NCBI GenBank assembly: GCA_965644295.1
Contig: CBFFRP010000298.1
Span: 1 to 64,000, forward strand
From: Paraphysomonas bandaiensis
Lineage: Eukaryota > Protista > Chrysophyceae
DNA: 64,000 bases
Reading direction: 5' to 3'
Both the position numbers and the translations under genes were made by a program. Shown here one piece after another: positions 22,181 to 33,750 of this stretch (position 1 is the stretch's first letter; every line of letters starts with the position of its first letter). A model generated the notes under the pieces. That model saw nothing but the letters and a program-made list of their open reading frames with translations, searched no databases and was not told the DNA's origin.

Positions 22181-22786
22181 GTTGATATGATAAGTGTATC
22201 TCGATAATTGCAGGGAAGTGTAAGTACAGTGATCTCCACTGGTCACAGAATTGTATAGTGGCCTTCACTCCATCTCTCTAGAAACTCAATGCATACGCAT
22301 ATTTCGGTAAAAAAAACGCGAAATAGCATGAAGTGGACTTTTTAGATTGTGAAATGTACGAAATTTGATAGTGAAAACCCTCCTATATTTCACCTCGATA
22401 TACGAATATCTCAATTTTTTACAGAAACCCTCGACAGGGTTATGGCAAATGAATATAATAAAACAACTTGTGATTGGATGTGGGTGACGTACGACGACTG
22501 AGGGTTTTTTGTTCATATTACATCGCATGAACCTGTACAGAGTATACAGCAGTGCATACATACTGAGCGTGGCAGCACCCACCTCCAGTATAGTTGAAGA
22601 TAGATAGATATAAACACAGGAATCGAAGGCGGTAGATTACTTTGATGCTACGAACTGCACTAGCATCTTCCATGACAGCCTAATCTTGATCAATCCAGTG
22701 CTGATAGCATGCATGGGTCCCTTATCGTTACAGTAGTCATCTAGTAGCTGGCAGGTAGCTATTAGCAGATAGATAGTTAGTTAGAA

Positions 22787-25662
22787 ATGGCATGCAGGCC
22801 CCCTAAGAAGCCAGCATTGGCTCTAGAAGCTGATCTCGTGCAGGTGGATTTATTCGCAGGTGTCTGTAATGCATTAACACTCATCTGCAGGATAACATGC
22901 CCGCTGAGGTGTACCCGAAAATATATATCGGCTCCGTACACGCAGCTTTCAATCAGGAGGTTCTAGTGGACCGCGGGATAACTCATGTGAGCGTCTGTGA
23001 TTGTTTTCGATCCCAAAGTCGCTTATTATATTTGTGTTCGTAGATACTAAATGCTTCGAGGTTGCCGTCTACGTTTCCTAAAAGCTTTACATACCTTGCC
23101 ATTGATATCCGAGACAAGTAAGCATCCACTATAGTTGTTTGTGCTTAATAGTAGGACCAGGGATGAAGCGAATATACTTGCCTGTATTCCAGCCTCGAAC
23201 ATATTCATAGAAGCTGTAAGTATATTCTCATTCTGTGCTCCAATGTTCTGTGTCTAACACTATACCGCTTTTTTTTTGTATTCTGTTAACAGGGCATGGA
23301 CAGTGGCGGGGTATTGGTTCACTGCTATGGTGGTCGCTCTCGATCCGCCGCCCTGGTAACTGCATTCTTGATGTCATCATTAAACTGGAGCTACGAGGAG
23401 AGCCTAGCGTGTATCCAAAGTTCTCGACCTGTCGCATGCATCAACCCAGGGTTCGAAGCACAGCTTAAGGCGTATCATCATGCAAGCTGTGATGTCTACA
23501 TCGCACAACAGGTAAATACCACTGCCGGCAGAATTTTATTAAAAGAGTGATGTGTACAATTAATTATCACGGACGCCATTGTTTCTTGACATCTATGCTC
23601 GTGTTTGGATTGATCACAATCTGTTATCAGATACTACTACAAGGCCGTGTACGTGCCCTGCAGAGTTATAGAGCTATTAAAGGTTCCACCGAAGATGAGC
23701 TGGCTGTAAAGGCCTCGGAAAGAAGGAAGTTTGGGTCATTACATGTATGTAGCGTCAGCAGGACGCCGGGAGGTGTATCAGAACGTAGTCAGTCTGGTGG
23801 AAAGCGATCTGGGGGGCATGCGAAGGATATAACTGGAAGCGAAGTGGAACATATGGAGGAGGAGAACATGGAATTAGATATGAACCTCAGTGGCAAATCA
23901 TCAGTGAAATTAGAAGCAGGAGTGCAGAGTACGAGTGGTGCCTCTTCAGCAAGTGTCGCAGGGTCACCTCAATCGAATGTGAGGAAGGCAATCCCACTTA
24001 TGGATCCGAAGTCTCCCAGGTTGAGATTATCAAGGCCAGGTATGATATACGTATATATATAACAAGGCTATAATGTATACAATGAAATGTTCTCTGGTCG
24101 TTTCATTTTGTCGGGCTATTGGTATTGATGACTTGTGTAGGGAGCACAGCCGTTCGAGTTATTCCCCCTCTTCGCGGCCTCGAGAGAGTGTTCTGCTGCT
24201 CGTGGTGTCAGACAAACCTTTTCAATCTTGCTAGTGTTATTCGTACAGATTTAGATGTGTTGCCGCTGACAGATGTGTTGAATTTAGCATTAGGGAAAAT
24301 GTCACACAATTTGGGAATAGCCCAGACAGACAGTACGCACTACCACGACAATGGTGACAATGGTGAGAGAAACTCGTCGTCGTGTCTTGTTTCTGCACCC
24401 TCTCCTCGGAGTATGATTTCAACTCAGCGTACCTATCCGGATGATTCTAAGGAGGCGTCGCAGCATCCCACCCTGTATAGATCACACCCTCAGACCAGTC
24501 GTGCTGGAGGGGCTAAGTCGTTTGAATTCGACGTGCCGCTGCTTCGCACATCCAGCTGTGGGGAAAACAGCGACATGAAGCGCACAGCTGATGATGTGAA
24601 GCGGAAATTGGAGAAACCGGATTTCAAATCTGTCAGTACGGAGCACGAGGAGCTTAGTTGGTCGAATTGTATCAGGGGAGAAAGTCCGATGGAAGTGACT
24701 GACTTCAAAGATGATGGGAGGCAGGTCGATGTCTACGGGAGGAGACAGAGTGGCAAACATCTTGATGTAGATAGTAAGCTTGCTAACGATGGGCAATATG
24801 ATAATGAATACCACCGTCCAAGGGGGGATAGTGGTAGCAGCATCAGCCCTAAATATTCAGTTCGAAGTGAACACTCTTTGACTCCTCACCTGCATCCCCC
24901 TGTTCACCCGAATACTCATGGAGTATCCTCTCAACTTTCTCCTTCAGAAAGTCCGCGTATTCCATTCCCTCCCCGAGGGACTAGAAAATCCTATGTCTAC
25001 CCTTCTCCCCGCAATCGTCCCACTTCAGCAGAGAAGCGGAGATGGCTAGAACGAGTCCACTTGCTCAATTCATCTGCCCCAGATGACCGAATGGAACATG
25101 CCGACCACCTTAGAGGGCATGAGAAAGTTGCCAAAATGTCTCATGACGATGACGAAGCTATCAAGCTTGGATTCGGTCAAGATAAGTATATATACCTGGA
25201 ATTTTTGGATTGGATGGGAGAAGAGCTTCTCTCTCCGGATATTGATTCGGGAGAGCTGAAATGTGGTCATTGCTCAAGAGTAATTGGTGCTTGGACTTGG
25301 AATCCGTCGTCGAGGTAGGTGTGATTGATGCTGGATATCTAGGCATGTGCAACATGTGATTGGTATTGGTGTATGAGTTGTGTTGGGTGTATTTGAATTG
25401 ACTGTCCATAGAAGATGGTGGTGTAACAAACTTTTCCAGGCATACTATGGGTGGTCGCCTGCAAGCTCCGATTATTCGAGTACACAAAAATGTAGTAAAT
25501 GAGGTTAGTGCCGGCAGTACACATGGTCGATTCTGGGGTGTTATAATGATATGTGATGTTCATATGTGATACTCGCCCTAGTTAATTAATTTGCAGGTTG
25601 ATATTCCATTTGACCCAACGCCTAGAGGCACGCCGCGAGTGGAGGATCACATGGAAGAATGA
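22787..25662 (+). CDS. Dual-specificity phosphatase, DUSP12/YVH1-like, multi-exon
   Basis: IYIGS, GITHILNA, DIRD, catalytic VLVHCYGGRSRSA, INPGFEAQL; C-terminal Cys motifs FCCSWCQTNL and GELKCGHCSRVIGAWTW. Confidence 0.85.
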
Positions 25663-26606
25663 CAAACGCAATCTTTTAAACAAGACTACTGATTACTATA
25701 TTAATATCTCCGCCGTGTACTCGAGCAGTTAGAGGTATCAGGAATTCGAATAGCTTTAGGTGACACCGTAGCTCAATATCCTCTCAGCTATTTCAAGGTC
25801 TTCTGTTGTTTCATTTTCCGATGTTGTAGTTGTACCTTGTTATTTATGCGCAGAGTTATTCTCCCTGCGAACACTTATTTTGTTATAGCGCTCATGAAGG
25901 ACGTAGATGAAGTGTAGTGAATATTAGGTTGCAGAATGGTTATTAATATGAAATTTTCAGACGCCCCCCGTTAAATTTTCACCATTGTATCCAATGTCAA
26001 GCACGCACCACAGCATTTAATGAAATGGCTTCGATTTGGCAGTGTCGCAAATAATGTAAAGTAGCTTACTCGCTGGCGATGCGGATCGTCTGATTACGAC
26101 AGCCATGACGTAAAGACATAGTCATTGATATTAAGAGTGGATCATATATAGAGAGATGTAGTTGGTCTTACCCACAGTCGTCATCACTATTGATATAAAC
26201 GGAAAAACGTAACTATTCCACTTCGTTTAACACTATTGGCCGATAACTTTTCACCATAAGCTCGTACCCAAATGACAAATGACAAGCATCTTATTTAGAG
26301 AAAGCAACGCAATGCTCTCTGGATCTCTAATAACACAGTACAGGGTTAGTGATTAGTATCAACACTCTATTAGTACGTGTACGTGTACATAAAGTTGGTT
26401 TTATAGTAAATTAAAACTACAGAATAACGTGCTATTGCTATAGAATAAAGTGAACTTTTCGTGTAAATCGGCTAAGTGTAGTTACCGTGTGACTGTAGTG
26501 TATAAACTCTTGATTGCAATAATATTTTGCTCAATATTTCATATTATACCGTAATCCAAAAATAAAGCAAGTTTGCATGCGTACAGCACTGAGTTAATAT
26601 ATATCC

Positions 26607-26790
26607 ATAGGGGATCTATTTTTCGACCTACTAGTCAATTTAGTGGAATTTCCTAGTCACACCAAAATTGGTGGAAGAACCTCTAGTCAAAAGGTATAAA
26701 AACCTAGTCATTAAATAATTAGATTTTTATCATTACAATGACTAGGTTGAGTAGGTGGAAGTGGGTATTCGCCTAGTCAAACAGGGGAGC
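26607..26790. repeat. Cluster of CTAGTCA motifs, probable subterminal region of the adjacent MULE
   Basis: Five direct CTAGTCA and one inverted TGACTAG within ~180 bp. Confidence 0.55.
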
Positions 26791-26799
26791 ATACTGTAG

Positions 26800-28290
26800 C
26801 CATAAATTCAAAAATTCAAATGCTATATGCCTCACACTTCGTCGTCACAGTCGAATGAAAATTGGGCTGTTTCTGATGACCAAGTCCGGTGTAGCTCCAC
26901 AGCAATCTTCATTTCATGGGCATCGAACCCCACAATCTTCGGATGAGCCAGGATGTGATCAGGAGCATCAGTAAACCGACACTGCCAGCGAATAATTTTT
27001 TCATTTCAGTGGTTTGGTACCGCACGGTAATCCACGCACATACCATTCAGGTACTGCGCGTGTCGTACGTACGTGTTCTTCCAGTCCCCTGGCCTAGGCC
27101 CATGACATCTACGGATTCATCGTTGATAAGAGCCCTAGCTGCATTGCGAGGCCGGCCGCGTTTCCTTGCAGGCCTGATAGTGCTCGCTATGTGCTTTACA
27201 TCAAAGTCCCCTACGGAGAAATTAAGATTTTTAAGGAGCTATAAATATGACACACACATACCTCGCAAGTGATGTATGGCTAGGGAGTGGGAGCAGTAAA
27301 ACCATTGTCCCAAAATCGCGGACAGCTGCAAATGAGAGAGATATAGGTCCTACGATTTATTTTGTAAGGAACTTCCCGAACAGCAAACATACTGAGGTAT
27401 CTATAGCATAGAGAGTGATTAATACCTAGTAAAAGAATTACAATATTTATTTTGCCTCTCTCTACATTCCTCCACTTGATACGTATCTCTTCCTCTAACG
27501 CAATGGAACATATCTATGAATGACTTGTTCATTCGATTCTCACCTGTGTGTTCAATGAACAGGTTTTTGTTTGAGTTAACATACCTATTAAAACTTCTGT
27601 CAATGACGCATATTATTTCATAAATAACAGTTGCTAACCAATGAACTTCCTTTTTACCCCTTTCACTAATATGCCCATCTGTTTGCAGTTTTGAGGACCT
27701 GGATCGATAATAGAGCATGCGTCGAGGAGACACTCGCGATGCACGTGATCATGTTGCAGTAAAGCAAGCTGATCATTACATAAGAAATTGACCCTTGTGA
27801 CCCGGTACTGCTCTTGCAGATGTCGCATGGCGATCCATCCCGCAGCATCGAATTCGGGTACTTGGGTACCCAAGCTGCTTTGCTACTTCTTTCACCACGG
27901 TGAATAGTGCCACTAATAATGGACGAGCTTCCGCTCTACTACAAGCGTGGAATAAAGGGACAGGTTTTCTTTTCAAGTGATGTTCTGTTATATACATATA
28001 GTATATATGTTAAACATATATATAAAGTGTATATTTAGTTTAGGTATTCTTACCTCCAAGTGATTCTATCAGGTTGTCCATGTCCACCCATTATTCGTAA
28101 TCTTATATGTCGAATCGACGGAAAGGCACAGGCCTGTATCCTTGTAGGCCTTGAGTATAGCGATAAAGTTCTCCAGCTCATGATAGCTGGAGAATATCCA
28201 GCCGTCACATACAGGTTACCGTCGCATATTTTTGTACTTCACATATTTTACTTAATCTTAGAATTATTGTGTCTTAGGTACAACAGTTGA
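26800..28290 (-). pseudogene. Mutator-like (MULE) transposase pseudogene with SWIM finger and AT-hook
   Basis: LCLSVDSTYKITNNGW (~28085-28135), GMDRHATSARA, frameshifted CSCPRFW../YCSH SWIM (~27260-27335), RKRGRPR (~27145-27170); stops, frameshifts and introns. Confidence 0.8.
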
Positions 28291-28892
28291 GATTGAGCAC
28301 ATGCATACGCTAGTAATATAATAAACAGATGTTGCTGAGAACAGATGTTTTACCAGATGTTACACGAATATGAAGTAGTGTTCAGATTATTAATCATAAT
28401 TTCTTACTTGAAAGTGCATTGTGTTCAACAAAAGCAAGATTAAAGTTTACGTGTAGAGCAAAGTTAGCTTCAGCAAAATGTCCAATGATAACAGCCATTA
28501 CCCTTAATGGCTATAAAAATGATGGTAAAGTTGGCCTCTCATTATAAATTTCTTTACATTTGGAGAGGTACTGTTTCTTTTTACGGCCGATTGTAAGGGA
28601 TTTTACCACTGTTTTCTGCAGCAGGAAGGAGTTGTAGCCAGGGCTCCGTAACAATTAATAGAATTACAATAAGTTGTAGCGGAGAGAAAGGGCTCATTTA
28701 GTCAATAAAATATAAATAGAAGGATCATATTCATGTAGAATATAGACACAGCCGTGAAGAGCAGGGTCATGGGTAAAGGCTATGGACTCGTTGAGTTAGG
28801 ACAAGACAACCTAGTATCAAATTTATGCTTTCTGATGTGATATCTACTACTTAAGTAATTTATCTATATATGATATATCAGGATGCCATAAC

Positions 28893-30538
28893 CTACATTG
28901 CTGTAGACCAGTATTGCAGTCTGCATAAAGTATACGCTGACTCATTATAGACAACAAAAAGTACTTTCATGACAATGAGCACGATTACCTTGTTAATATA
29001 TCATACACTGATTAAATGCAAAGTAACGTCCAAACAACCAGCAGTACAGTAGTTCTGTGTGGTTTGTAAAAAAGAATCGATGTATGTACGTGACTGGAGT
29101 CAGAAGCGGTGCTGTCTACGAGGCTGCTACACATGTATTCTTCATCTTCTACCGTGTTGTTGCCGCAAAGTTGAGTTGCGATCCTCCACCGGTCCCGTAG
29201 ACGTAATACCATGGGGGTTGTACACGTATCCATCGTCGGCATATACCGATCCTCGAGTGCAGCAAAATGCACTCCGGAAACGATACACTAGCAACGATCT
29301 TGCACACGCCATGACAAGAAACCCAACCTGTTGCTATGGAATAGTCACTTATCACCCTCGCACACATGCAAGCACAATAAAACTCTCACTTAAACGTACA
29401 CCATAGATCACCAGTATATAATATCGAAGTATTTAGCATAAAACCCGCACCTGTCTCGGACACAAAAAGGCCGCCAAAGCGGTCAAGAAAGCATTGACGA
29501 TAAATACCCCCAAAATAGCAGCTACCATTCGGCTCTTATGAAGAGGACCAGCTTCTGCGGTTAGCACAGCGTAGTACGTCTTTCTAAAAGGCAACTTGCT
29601 AGCAGACGGTGGTAGATGATAGGAGGAGAAAGGGGAGACAAGTTTGCAAACGTGGGATCCACACTGCACCGTATCTCCCTGGCGATACTTTGCACCAGCC
29701 TTCCATGAGTGCATACGTAGGTTTTTCTTGTTGGCATCCAAGGGAGATAGAGCCCATACACCACATCGTCGGCTATCAACGACCATCTGCATACGGTGAT
29801 GCATGTACGTAATCAGGTATAACCAGGCAAAGCTGGACACCCAACAAAATAAAACGTGAAGTAAACATGGCAGTGGCTCATAGAGGATATCCCGGGGGCC
29901 TGTAGTGAGCAGGGGATATATAGAGAAGAAGTAGGTCAAATAGATGCTCCATAGAAAGGCTAGCCCAATATTTCCCTCCGCCAGAGGCATCTTAATGAGA
30001 TTGCTGAATGCTATTAAGTCATTGGGCTGTGGAGCCCAGAGAGACAGTGCGTGCAGTGCCCCTGATATGAATCTATACAGACATCATCACACCATAAGAC
30101 AACATAGACAGGAATACGCACTGTATGAAGAGACTACTGTAGGGGAACTCCGACATACTGACTACAGCGGGCTTCTCAATGAGCGACAGCGACAGCAACA
30201 CGAACAGAATGCTCTCCACGAGAGGGCCTTTGGACATCTTGAGTGTATGTGACTGTTTCTGTGTGCGATAATACACAAGTAAACACACACAGGGATCAGC
30301 TGCAGTGTCAGTCACCTCATCGAACGGAATGAATATCTGAGTGGTGTACATCACGAAGAGAGGGAACACAGTTTTCGTCCAGCATAATGATCGGAACCTC
30401 TGTGTGTATATGGTTATGTATGTATGCATGTGTGTGTGTATGTAGGGAGTGTCTTACCCATCCGTATATGTTGTAATACTGTGCGATATACTGTATGATG
30501 TAGATCACTTTCAGGTGAGTTAGTAGCTTGCTATTCAT
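28893..30538 (-). CDS. Multi-pass membrane protein, TMEM39-like (exon structure uncertain)
   Basis: Several TM segments, then CGVW...HSWKAGAKYRQGDTVQCGSHVCKLV resembling the recalled TMEM39 C-terminal motif. Confidence 0.5.
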
Positions 30539-31001
30539 ACTTCGGTTGACTTCACTTCAATGATTATTACTCGAACAGCTCGTTGAAGAATCCTCAACTA
30601 ACAAAAAATAAGGAAGTCATAATTGCATGAGCACTTCTACTTCCCCTCACTCATAGTAGGTCTGTAGAGCCCTCAATAGTAGACTAACTTACAGGATAGA
30701 GCAGAGACGTGGAATATGCACACAGCAGGACTACTCCTGTACTTCTCCTACACTATTGTACTGCTCTATACGTACCCTCCTAACACACACAGCAGTGCAG
30801 CTGTACAGCAGGCAGGAATACGGTATTCCTCTGTATTCTATTTTCAGTTTAAGTCATCACCACAAACCATCTGGAAAGTAGGAGCAGCTGATACTATAAA
30901 GGAGCCGTTGGAGTTGAGTGCTCCTCGGCTCACAATAACACACTCTTGCATCTCACTATCCAACAACACAGAAATAACTTCATAACACCCCTACAAGTGC
31001 C

Positions 31002-32552
31002 ATGGAACAGATTGATAACCTTGAAACTCTATCCTACAGAGAGCTACAGGTGATCTATAGCGCTTGCTTGGAATTCTATTGCTAATAGCTGACATACGCA
31101 GAAAGTGGCTAAGGAGTATGGCGTACCAGCCAATGCCAAGAAAGACACGCTTCTGTCAAGTCTTCAAGATCTTCTCAAAGAGAAAGCAACATCAGAATGT
31201 GCTACTACTGCTGCTGCTGATGTCACAGAGGAGGTAGACTGTCCTGAAAATGAGTCCACAGAAGAGATCGATGAGACCGACATGTCTGAGTCGGTTGTGG
31301 AGGCACCTGCAATGGACCAACCGGAGGATGATAGTGCTTTAGAAAATACTTCAACTAAAGAGTGTTCTTCTGGAAATGATATTGCACTGGATACTCTTAC
31401 CTACAGGGAACTGCAGGTAATGTTGGTGGGTCATGTTCTTTACCGTCATAATATTGACACAGAAACTCGCAAAGGAGTATGGAATTTCTGCCAAAGTTAA
31501 AAAAGATGCCTTGCTGAAATCTCTTGAGAGTGTAATAACAGTAGAAAACAAACCTGTGGAAAGACAAGAGTTTGCGTCTCCTACTGAAGGTGATGTTGTT
31601 GTCGAATCTACAACCGAGACATTCGAGGTCACTGAAGCTGAAGCAGAAATTCAAGCGGTTCCCTTGAAAGAGACTGAAATAGAAGTTGAGGAGTGTGTCA
31701 ACGATGGTATCGAAGCGACCGAGACGGATGTTGATGCTGAGGAGGAAGTTAATGAAGTAGGAAATGATCACCAAGTGGAATGTAGACAAGAATTTGTGAA
31801 TTCGACCACTGAAGCAATCCAAGCCTCTGAAGTTGAAGCCGCAATTCAAGCAATTTCCTTGGAAGAGACTGAAATTGCAGTTGAGGATAGCATCGAAGAT
31901 GGTATCGAAGCGACCGAATCAGATGTCGATGCTGAAGAGGAAGCTAACGAAGTAGAAGATGATCTCCAAGAGAGAGTTGGTGGGAAGTTATTAGGAGTCG
32001 CCACACCATGTGGAGTCAAGAAGCTCTTTAATTCCCCAGCAGTGTCTCAAAGTGGCAACAAATTGTATGAAAAATACAATCCTCATTGGAGGTATAATCT
32101 TTTCTGAAGCGAGTTTATATCTAAAAAACTATAAATGTAGGTATGAGGATTACGAAAACGCCAACCCGCAGTTGTTTACTCCTGCCAAGGCTCCTGAAGA
32201 CGACCAGGAATGGTTTTTAGAATCTGATAGCACACCTAGGAATCCGGGTGAAAAGCTACGTGGGTACCCTACCCCTGTTGGCAAGTCAATATACTTCACC
32301 ACACCAAATAAAACGGCAGAGAAAAAATACGAGAAGTACAACCCACACTGGAGGTATATAAACGTGTTCCAGTGTTGATATTGAGCATGATACTATGTAT
32401 CCGTACGTAGTAATACTTGTTGTAGGTATGAAGACTATGATTCTCCATGTAAAGTGACATCTCCCCCCCATATTTCCGCGGCAACCGCCGGAACTGTCAG
32501 TCCTCCTGCACAGAGAGAAAGAAAGTACAGTTTTGTACATGTGCACCCCTAA
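31002..32552 (+). CDS. Acidic protein with two SAP/NuSAP-N-like helical motifs and two C-terminal repeats (5 exons)
   Basis: LETLSYRELQ|KVAKEYGVPANAKKDTLL and LDTLTYRELQ|KLAKEYGISAKVKKDALL; YEKYNPHWR|YEDY twice. Confidence 0.75.
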
Positions 32553-33129
32553 GAAGTGGTTCTCAATCGAATGGCTACTAACCCAAAATGCGTATGTACA
32601 TACTATAGATTACAGCTCTCAAAACGAGAATTGTGACGTATGTAAGTACTTATAAATTTATAACATAATAAGCTGTTAAATCAAATTTGGGGTACTAAAA
32701 TATTTTTTTGTGTGAGATCACAGTAATAGTATTATATTTTCTCTTGCCAGCTATATTTTCGCGTCGCAAATTTATGTTGCTGAGAAGCCGAATATAAATT
32801 AGCACATTGCGGAACTAGGGAATAATATGTTGTACTGTTCTAATATTGATAGTTCGACTGGTTAGAATAAGTATTCATTAGGATATTGTTATAAGGAAGC
32901 TAGCAGGTAATACAATATATTACATAAAAAGTAACTTCTACCAGGGCTGCGTAACAATGAAAAATTTTCAATTAATTGTCAGTAATGATTGATCCGCAGC
33001 CTTGGCTATGCGGAAAGGTTGTCTTTTGTGCCCTAGCCCTGGTAGCTGGTACACGTATATAGTATACAGTATACAGCATATAGCGTTATCTGTATTTCAA
33101 TTTACAATAAGTAACTTGCTAAGCGAGGT

Positions 33130-33491
33130 TTATAGGTATATTAAAGAAGCAAACTCATAAAATTTCAAGAATTTGTTCTATATAATTCGAATTCTTAGAG
33201 CATAGAACTGTTTCTCTAGACTTATAGCTTTACATTTGCCACTGATAATGCGCTATGCGCAAGTAGCTGTACAGTTGAGTGAGCATTGCCTAGAGTTTAT
33301 TCGGGAGAGTATATAGAGTATAGAGAAAATATTACATCTTAAAACACTATATTCTTTATATTTTATAGCATATTTCAAATATCATTAATGGGAACCGCAA
33401 TTATAATGGTCATGAAGCAATAAAAAACGTCCCCGCAATTATAATGGCATTATCATTGATGGTCATTTTCACTAATAGTTACCAGGTCCTG
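33130..33491 (-). mobile_element. Diverged end fragment of the same hAT family
   Basis: Ends TACCAGGTCCTG; CCGCAATTATAATGG motifs; similarity to ~16830-16890. Confidence 0.7.
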
Positions 33492-33750
33492 CGCTTTCGT
33501 GTGCTGCAGTTAAAAATCAATAATTCATCTAGCCGTGAAGTGTGTACAAGCGCACAATATTTGTAATGAACAGTGGTACACTGCAGACATAGAACTGTCT
33601 CCATATGTGACAGAACAAGGTTATGCTATAGTCTGATGAGTTTCACTTTATATGTTGCAAAGTCCTAAGATGCATAGTCACAAAATCACTTTATACTCCT
33701 AGCTGTTTACATAAAAATATGTACATCGTTTACTCCATTACACGGTACAG

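Noticed and set aside
26914-26975. tRNA-like T-arm (GTGGGGTTCGATGCCCAT on the minus strand)
   Set aside because: No D-arm or acceptor stem; lies inside MULE-derived sequence.
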